Shown in pieces: positions 14,488 to 19,211 of a stretch of 19,211 nucleotides of DNA. The position numbers and the translations under genes are program-made. The notes beneath the pieces were generated by a model. The model saw nothing but the letters and a program-made list of their open reading frames with translations, searched no databases and had not been told where the DNA came from. How positions within the stretch are numbered: position 1 is the first letter of the stretch; each line of letters starts with the position of its first letter. The stretch lies in the IMG/VR virus record IMGVR_UViG_3300048670_001104. One strand, given 5' to 3'. Source of the stretch: a virus. Taxonomy: Duplodnaviria; Heunggongvirae; Uroviricota; Caudoviricetes.

Positions 14488-14493
14488 TATTTA
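14488..14493 (-). promoter_or_regulatory. TAAATA motif upstream of the kinase/NTase gene
   Basis: Intergenic. Minus strand reads CAGTAAATATCCC, followed by a GGGGAAG SD-like sequence. Confidence 0.55.
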
Positions 14494-14518
14494 CTGGAGA
14501 TCAATGCCAGGGATATTT

Positions 14519-15067
14519 TTAAAGGATTCCAGCTGCTGATTGCAGAGCCTGTAAGTCTCGACTCACAGTGGTATAAACGGGTTTGGTATCAATGCCAGCT
14601 GCCACACGCATTTCGTTCAAGTCGCCTTCTGTGCGTTCGCGATATTCGTTGGGTGTGAGTGGCACCAGTTCAGCAAAGGTTTCGGGACTCCAGTCGTGCC
14701 GCTTCTTTTTGTACACCATGGTCCAATCATCAGAGTCGTATTCTGTGAGCGTGCCAAGATCGTCCAGGATTTCTTCAATCTGTCTGGGTGCTGAATTGCG
14801 CCTACGCATTTCGATGTACACAAGATATCTATTGGGTTTGATTTCGCCTGGGCTGGTGTCGGCATCCAGCACAAAATCATAGCCCTTTTCAAACCATGCC
14901 ATGAGGTCTCGGGCTGCTTGTTTGTCACGCACAAAGAAGCTCACCACGATCACATCAGCATCTTCGCCCATCTTGCTTGAAAACTCGTCGATATGCACGG
15001 TGGGCTTCATCATGCCCTCCATGTCTTTGTAGCCTAGGCCTTCTTTAAGCTGCTGGCGGTGGTGCAC
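14519..15067 (-). CDS. Conserved hypothetical protein (probable GTG start 15067; ATG 15115 or 15121 are alternatives)
   Basis: AGGAGG lies 5 nt before GTG 15067. Begins ..QQLKE/GL, then KPTVHIDEFSSKMG..FEKGYDFVLDAD. The track's start at 15199 would overlap the upstream gene by 155 nt. Confidence 0.7.
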   Translation of the reverse strand: MHHRQQLKEGLGYKDMEGMMKPTVHIDEFSSKMGEDADVIVVSFFVRDKQAARDLMAWFEKGYDFVLDADTSPGEIKPNRYLVYIEMRRRNSAPRQIEEILDDLGTLTEYDSDDWTMVYKKKRHDWSPETFAELVPLTPNEYRERTEGDLNEMRVAAGIDTKPVYTTVSRDLQALQSAAGIL

Positions 15068-15647
15068 CGAGACCTCCTGGGGCTGTTGGTTGTTGAAGTT
15101 GTTGTTGTGCTGCATTTGCATTCTCTTCATTTTTGTATTGATCTTTGTCCATATCTTCTGCGTAAGCATCATCAAGATCCTGGAGATCAATCTCTTCACC
15201 TTCTAGATCGATACTGCCGGTGCGTATGTCTGCTATGAGATTCTTGGGCATGACAATCTCTACCAACCATACTTTTTTAGTTATCAGTCTGGCTATGTGT
15301 GTGCCTGCTTCGTAGTCGCTGGGTTCCTCAACCTTGATGGGGATCTTCATGTCCACTTTTTTGAACTTTACATCACAATCAAATGGCAGCAAGCGTCGTC
15401 CACCGCGTGGATCGGGCATGAGATTCTCGGGCCACATGAATATGCAGCCCACTTTGTATTTGCCTATGTCCGGTCCTTGCACCAGTTCACCGCGATCCCA
15501 GTTGCGAAATGCGTACATATCCAGTTCGTCCAGCACACGCTCAAAGTCCAACAGCGTGAGCAAGCTACCTTCACTCAAGTAAAGATCACGGATGTTGTCG
15601 GCCACCATCCAGTAGTCTTGATGGTTCTTAAAGATGTTTTCGTCCAT
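15045..15647 (-). CDS. Conserved hypothetical protein with acidic and Q/P-rich C-terminus
   Basis: 200 aa. LLDFERVLDELDMYAFRNW..GELVQGP..MPDPRGG..VWLVEI.MP. TAAATA lies 4 nt upstream. Confidence 0.8.
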   Translation of the reverse strand: MDENIFKNHQDYWMVADNIRDLYLSEGSLLTLLDFERVLDELDMYAFRNWDRGELVQGPDIGKYKVGCIFMWPENLMPDPRGGRRLLPFDCDVKFKKVDMKIPIKVEEPSDYEAGTHIARLITKKVWLVEIVMPKNLIADIRTGSIDLEGEEIDLQDLDDAYAEDMDKDQYKNEENANAAQQQLQQPTAPGGLGAPPPAA

Positions 15648-15651
15648 GCCT

Positions 15652-15657
15652 TATTTA
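15652..15657 (-). promoter_or_regulatory. TAAATA motif 4 nt before the ATG at 15647
   Basis: Minus strand reads CGGTAAATAAGGC-ATG. Confidence 0.65.
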
Positions 15658-15685
15658 CCGAAAAATTAAATATAGTTGCAGTTTT

Positions 15686-17398
15686 TTAGCCCACATACCA
15701 AGAAGTGCCGTTGCTCCATACTGGCATTGCATTGCCTGACCCACCAGTGTAAAGGTTGCCAAACGTAACGCTGTCAGCATCAGTCACAAACGCTCTGGCA
15801 CCTGCTCCCACCCCGGATGCGGTTGGGATAGTACCTGTGACAAATGATCCAGTTTTGACTACTCCGGCAGTTGAAATATTACCACCGGTGATGTTACCGG
15901 TTGCACTAATCAATTGACCAATTGTTAATCTATCAGCATTGATATATTGACTGTATAAAATTGAGTTTAATGATGTGCCAGCAAATGTGGAGTTTGCTTT
16001 GTCATAAACAGCGTTTAGAATAGAATAGAAACCACCAAAACTATTTCTTGCTACATTTGTTAAATCAGGTATCAGAGTTTGGCAATTGTTTACTGTTATT
16101 ACTGAACCAACACTTTGTGTTATGGCATTGCCTGTATTAGCAGCGGCATAAATCAGCGTGTCAGAAAGTTGTAGCGTTCCTGCTGTCAGCGTCACTGGTC
16201 CCATTGAAACAACTGATTTGGCCAAAACTCCAGCAGCCGCATTGTTCACAGCGAGTGTAAAATAATTACCACCAACCATAACAGTTGTACCTGTACCAGT
16301 GATACTTAATGAGGCCGAAGATATATCACATCCTCTAAAATTTGTATATGCACTTGAAGTTTTTGTTACCGCAGTTGTTACTGTACAACCAATAATATCA
16401 ACTGACCCAGTTGCTGAAGTTGCCGAGATAACAAGATTGGACATCTTTAAACCATCAATGGTACATCCTGTTGTAATAGTCAATGTACCAGTCAGTGTGG
16501 TATTTTTACCCACCAACTCGTGTGTGGTTAACACAGTGTATTGAGTATCAATGGTTACATTTTCTACATAATCACCTGGATGCAACACGATTGTTTTTCT
16601 TTGTCCCGCAGCAGATGTTTCAAAGGCTTGCGCCAATAATACCTTGGCTCTAGCAATGGTTTTGACTGGGGTGCCAATAGTACCGTTACCAGTATCATCA
16701 AGAGCACTAGGGCTAACATGAATTTCTATTGCATATCCTGTGATGTATATGCTTGACGCATCTATATAGTTGCTGTATGTGACAACTCCTGTTCCTTCAA
16801 CATACTGTAAAACTCTTTTGGTTGCATACGCACTGGTAGCACCACTTTGAGCAAATATATAATTACCCAGTATTTTTCCGCCAGTGTTAATATTACCACC
16901 AGTGATGTTACCAGTCACTGAAATTTCTCCGTTAACATTCACTCCATCTTCGATAGTGACAAAACTGGAATCATCACTGCGAATGCTGTTGATCACTAGA
17001 TTGACCGCAGCAAGATTGTTGGCTGTGACATTACCGGTCACTGATACTAATGTACCGGTATGACTTGCTACGTTCACAATGTTAGTGAACATACCATTGT
17101 TGGCTGTGACATTACCGGTCACTGATAACAACCCATTGATATACTCACCTGTGGTGGCAAACACTGCTATGTTTGATATGCCACCAATGCTAATGTTTGC
17201 ATTGCCATTGGCAGTTTGGATATCAATGCTGGTTGTGCCATTTTGAATTCTATCGCCCAGGATGTTGCCACTTAATGTGGCGTTACCAGTCACACTCAGA
17301 TTACCAGTGATTGCTACTGCACCTGTAATTGATAGCGTGTTTGCTCCAGAGTTTAAATCTATCAAATGATTGCCATTGGTTACAAAAGATGACGACAT
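15686..17398 (-). CDS. Tail-fibre-like protein with (S)VTGN(V/I)T repeats and a central beta-helix-like module
   Basis: 570 aa rich in G/T/N/S. Repeats LSVTGNA, LSVTGNVTANN, VSVTGNVTANN, ISVTGNITGGN, ISATGNITGGN. IHVSP..DD.GNGT..PVKTIARA..LHPGDY is typical of the start of parallel beta-helix domains. Confidence 0.75.
   Translation of the reverse strand: MSSSFVTNGNHLIDLNSGANTLSITGAVAITGNLSVTGNATLSGNILGDRIQNGTTSIDIQTANGNANISIGGISNIAVFATTGEYINGLLSVTGNVTANNGMFTNIVNVASHTGTLVSVTGNVTANNLAAVNLVINSIRSDDSSFVTIEDGVNVNGEISVTGNITGGNINTGGKILGNYIFAQSGATSAYATKRVLQYVEGTGVVTYSNYIDASSIYITGYAIEIHVSPSALDDTGNGTIGTPVKTIARAKVLLAQAFETSAAGQRKTIVLHPGDYVENVTIDTQYTVLTTHELVGKNTTLTGTLTITTGCTIDGLKMSNLVISATSATGSVDIIGCTVTTAVTKTSSAYTNFRGCDISSASLSITGTGTTVMVGGNYFTLAVNNAAAGVLAKSVVSMGPVTLTAGTLQLSDTLIYAAANTGNAITQSVGSVITVNNCQTLIPDLTNVARNSFGGFYSILNAVYDKANSTFAGTSLNSILYSQYINADRLTIGQLISATGNITGGNISTAGVVKTGSFVTGTIPTASGVGAGARAFVTDADSVTFGNLYTGGSGNAMPVWSNGTSWYVG
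17015..17127. repeat. Perfect 32-nt direct repeat (17015-17046 and 17096-17127), 81 nt apart
   Basis: attgttggctgtgacattaccggtcactgata occurs twice and encodes SVTGNVTANN. Confidence 0.9.
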
Positions 17399-17438
17399 TG
17401 CATTTGCCTTTAAAGTAAGTAGATTTTATCTAACTTGG

Positions 17439-17444
17439 TATTTA
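17439..17444 (-). promoter_or_regulatory. TAAATA motif upstream of the fibre gene
   Basis: Intergenic. Minus strand reads GAATAAATACC, about 40 nt before ATG 17398, with an AAAGG SD-like sequence in between. Confidence 0.55.
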
Positions 17445-17541
17445 TTCAGAACCGGTCTGCTTTGGTTTCTCCCCGCCGAGCCTAATACTTACCCCGATAA
17501 TCTCCAAAATGTCGATACATAGATCTCTGACTATACGGGTC

Positions 17542-17547
17542 TAAATA
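17542..17547 (+). promoter_or_regulatory. TAAATA motif upstream of phoH, followed by an AGGAG SD (17576-17580)
   Basis: Plus strand reads CTAAATATTC in the divergent intergenic region. Confidence 0.55.
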
Positions 17548-17588
17548 TTCGTGTTATCGAGAGGTAACTTAACCTAGGAGAAACGCAC

Positions 17589-18320
17589 TTGAGTAGACAA
17601 AGAGGGGCCAAGGCCCAAATCCAAAAACAAATCATGGTAGAAAACACAATTCCTTTTAACCAACCCAAGCAACGACAAAGACCTATAGAACTTATCCCAA
17701 AATCAAGAAATCAAGAAAATCTCATACTAAATCTACTCAACCAAGATCAAAGTATCGTGGTCGCAGTTGGACCCGCAGGCACAGGTAAAACCTACTTGGC
17801 CATGTTGGCTGCTGTGCGAGCGTTCAGATCAGGTGAAGCAAAACGCATCATCCTAACACGACCGGCCATTGGCGTAGAAGACGAACAGCACGGGTTCTTA
17901 CCCGGGAATCTCGTTGCCAAGATGGAACCGTGGACTCGTCCCTTGCTGGATGTGTTGCGTGAATACTATCGCCCGCCTGAAATTGCTGCCATGATAGACG
18001 ATGGCACCGTCGAAATATCACCCTTGGCTTACATGCGAGGTCGCACATTTAAACATGCGTGGATCATCGCGGATGAGATGCAGAACGCCACGCCAGCACA
18101 GATGAAAATGCTGCTGAGTCGCATAGGCACTGAATCACGCATTGTAGTCACAGGTGATGTTGAACAGGCTGACCGAGCCAAAGGCCAAAACGGTTTGTTA
18201 GATCTCTGCTCACGTTTAGAGCACTATCCAGTCACAGGAATGGCTGTTTGCAGGCTAAACGGACGAGACATACAACGTCACCCTATTATTGGAAAGGTGC
18301 TGGCTCTTTATGATCAATAA
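17589..18320 (+). CDS. phoH: PhoH-like ATPase
   Basis: IPKSRNQ, GPAGTGKT, ILTRP, GFLPGNL..KMEPW, PLAYMRGRTF, IIADEMQN, IVVTGDVEQ, DIQRHPII. TTG start with AGGAG. Confidence 0.93.
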   Translation: MSRQRGAKAQIQKQIMVENTIPFNQPKQRQRPIELIPKSRNQENLILNLLNQDQSIVVAVGPAGTGKTYLAMLAAVRAFRSGEAKRIILTRPAIGVEDEQHGFLPGNLVAKMEPWTRPLLDVLREYYRPPEIAAMIDDGTVEISPLAYMRGRTFKHAWIIADEMQNATPAQMKMLLSRIGTESRIVVTGDVEQADRAKGQNGLLDLCSRLEHYPVTGMAVCRLNGRDIQRHPIIGKVLALYDQ

Positions 18321-18331
18321 CTAACTGATAA

Positions 18332-18354
18332 GAACCTGGACCAGTTCCAGGTTC
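18332..18354. terminator. 9-bp hairpin between convergent phoH and radical SAM genes (possible bidirectional terminator)
   Basis: GAACCTGGA-CCAGT-TCCAGGTTC. No clear U-tract on either side. Confidence 0.5.
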
Positions 18355-19211
18355 ATTCTCCGCAGTTGTATTGGCAAGCTGAATGGTCAGACACTGTGCG
18401 ATGAAATTCTGCCACTGTGGCTCTGTTCAATATTTCGATCAGCGTGGTATCTGAGATGGCGTATTGTTTTTTATTTTTGCCAAATTCGTTTTTGTAATAA
18501 AATCTGTGATCTCCTATGAAACAACAGGGCATGTAATAGCCGTCGGCTGAGATATAATGTGTTCCCCCACGGTGACATTTGGGATTTATTTTTTTTGTTG
18601 ACTGTGATTGTTTCCAATTTTGTTGATTATTCCATTTTGTTCCAGGGTTGCTTTTGGTAGGCTTGAAATGCATGGTCTGCTCATCAAATCTATCACTGTG
18701 ATTGATATGGAATTGATCCATGCCCAAGTCTTGACTCAACTGTCTTGCTTGTTCTATGTTGTTTTCGTTGTAGGAAAAAGGAATAAAACTCCAGGCAGTG
18801 CTGCACGGTGATTCCACACAAACTTCAATGGCATCTTGTATGGTGGTCCAATCACCATTGATTCTGTACTGGGTGAAATTTTCCGGTATACCATCTATAG
18901 AAAATGTTATCAAGTCATCAGATGACAGCTCCTGAACCAGTGCTTGCCACCAACTTCGTTTTCGATGGCTGCCATTTGTGACTATTGATATAGTGGCACC
19001 GCGAGATTTAAGACTCCGGATCATTCCCGCTAGATCAGGGTGATAAATCGGATCACCATAATTTCCACACAGATCTATGCGAATGTCAGATAACTCAATA
19101 TCCAAAAACTTCAGCAATGATTGTGTGTCTAGGCTGTGATTTTTCCAATGGGCAGGCCATTGATTGATGAATCTGGTTCTGGCACATCCAGGACATTTTA
19201 ATGTACAAATA
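18353..19211 (-). CDS. Radical SAM protein with C-terminal SPASM/twitch-like Cys cluster; 5' end beyond the window edge
   Basis: The frame stays open upstream of the track's TTG. ICTLKCPGCAR gives CxxxCxxC at 19207-19184, followed by CGNYGDP, IVTNGS, FSIDG, KC..ISADGYYMPCC..CQYNC. Confidence 0.88.
   Translation of the reverse strand, partial: ICTLKCPGCARTRFINQWPAHWKNHSLDTQSLLKFLDIELSDIRIDLCGNYGDPIYHPDLAGMIRSLKSRGATISIVTNGSHRKRSWWQALVQELSSDDLITFSIDGIPENFTQYRINGDWTTIQDAIEVCVESPCSTAWSFIPFSYNENNIEQARQLSQDLGMDQFHINHSDRFDEQTMHFKPTKSNPGTKWNNQQNWKQSQSTKKINPKCHRGGTHYISADGYYMPCCFIGDHRFYYKNEFGKNKKQYAISDTTLIEILNRATVAEFHRTVSDHSACQYNCGE

Noticed and set aside
17399-17588. tRNA, structured ncRNA or CRISPR array in the largest intergenic region
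   Set aside because: No cloverleaf or repeat-spacer pattern; explained as a divergent promoter region.

Overview
Gene-dense window from a large tailed dsDNA bacteriophage, probably jumbo and T4-like in its late transcription logic, infecting a Gram-negative host. Nearly all genes are on the minus strand and use the standard code. From left to right: (1) a >919-aa ORF missing from the supplied track (2758 to <1). It concatenates a Pol-beta-type nucleotidyltransferase, an SGNH/GDSL hydrolase, a HEXXH metallopeptidase, an unknown AT-rich module and the start of a putative amidoligase, and each domain junction carries a hydrophobic-X-Glu motif resembling prohead-protease cleavage sites. (2) A GT-A glycosyltransferase and a second multidomain HxGH nucleotidyltransferase with the same linkers. 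(3) Three small conserved genes. (4) A dnaJ-clpA chaperone pair. (5) A lysis region (i-spanin, o-spanin, GH19 endolysin, 3TM-family holin) carrying a lectin-like gene, a secreted GH7-like glycoside hydrolase and small secreted or virion proteins. (6) An APS-kinase-like/HxGH fusion, two conserved hypotheticals and a mosaic fibre protein. (7) phoH on the plus strand converging on a radical SAM gene that is cut by the right edge. A TAAATA late-promoter motif sits 4-6 nt before several start codons, implying leaderless mRNAs, and three copies are embedded in hairpins. All assignments come from manual motif reading; no database searches were run.
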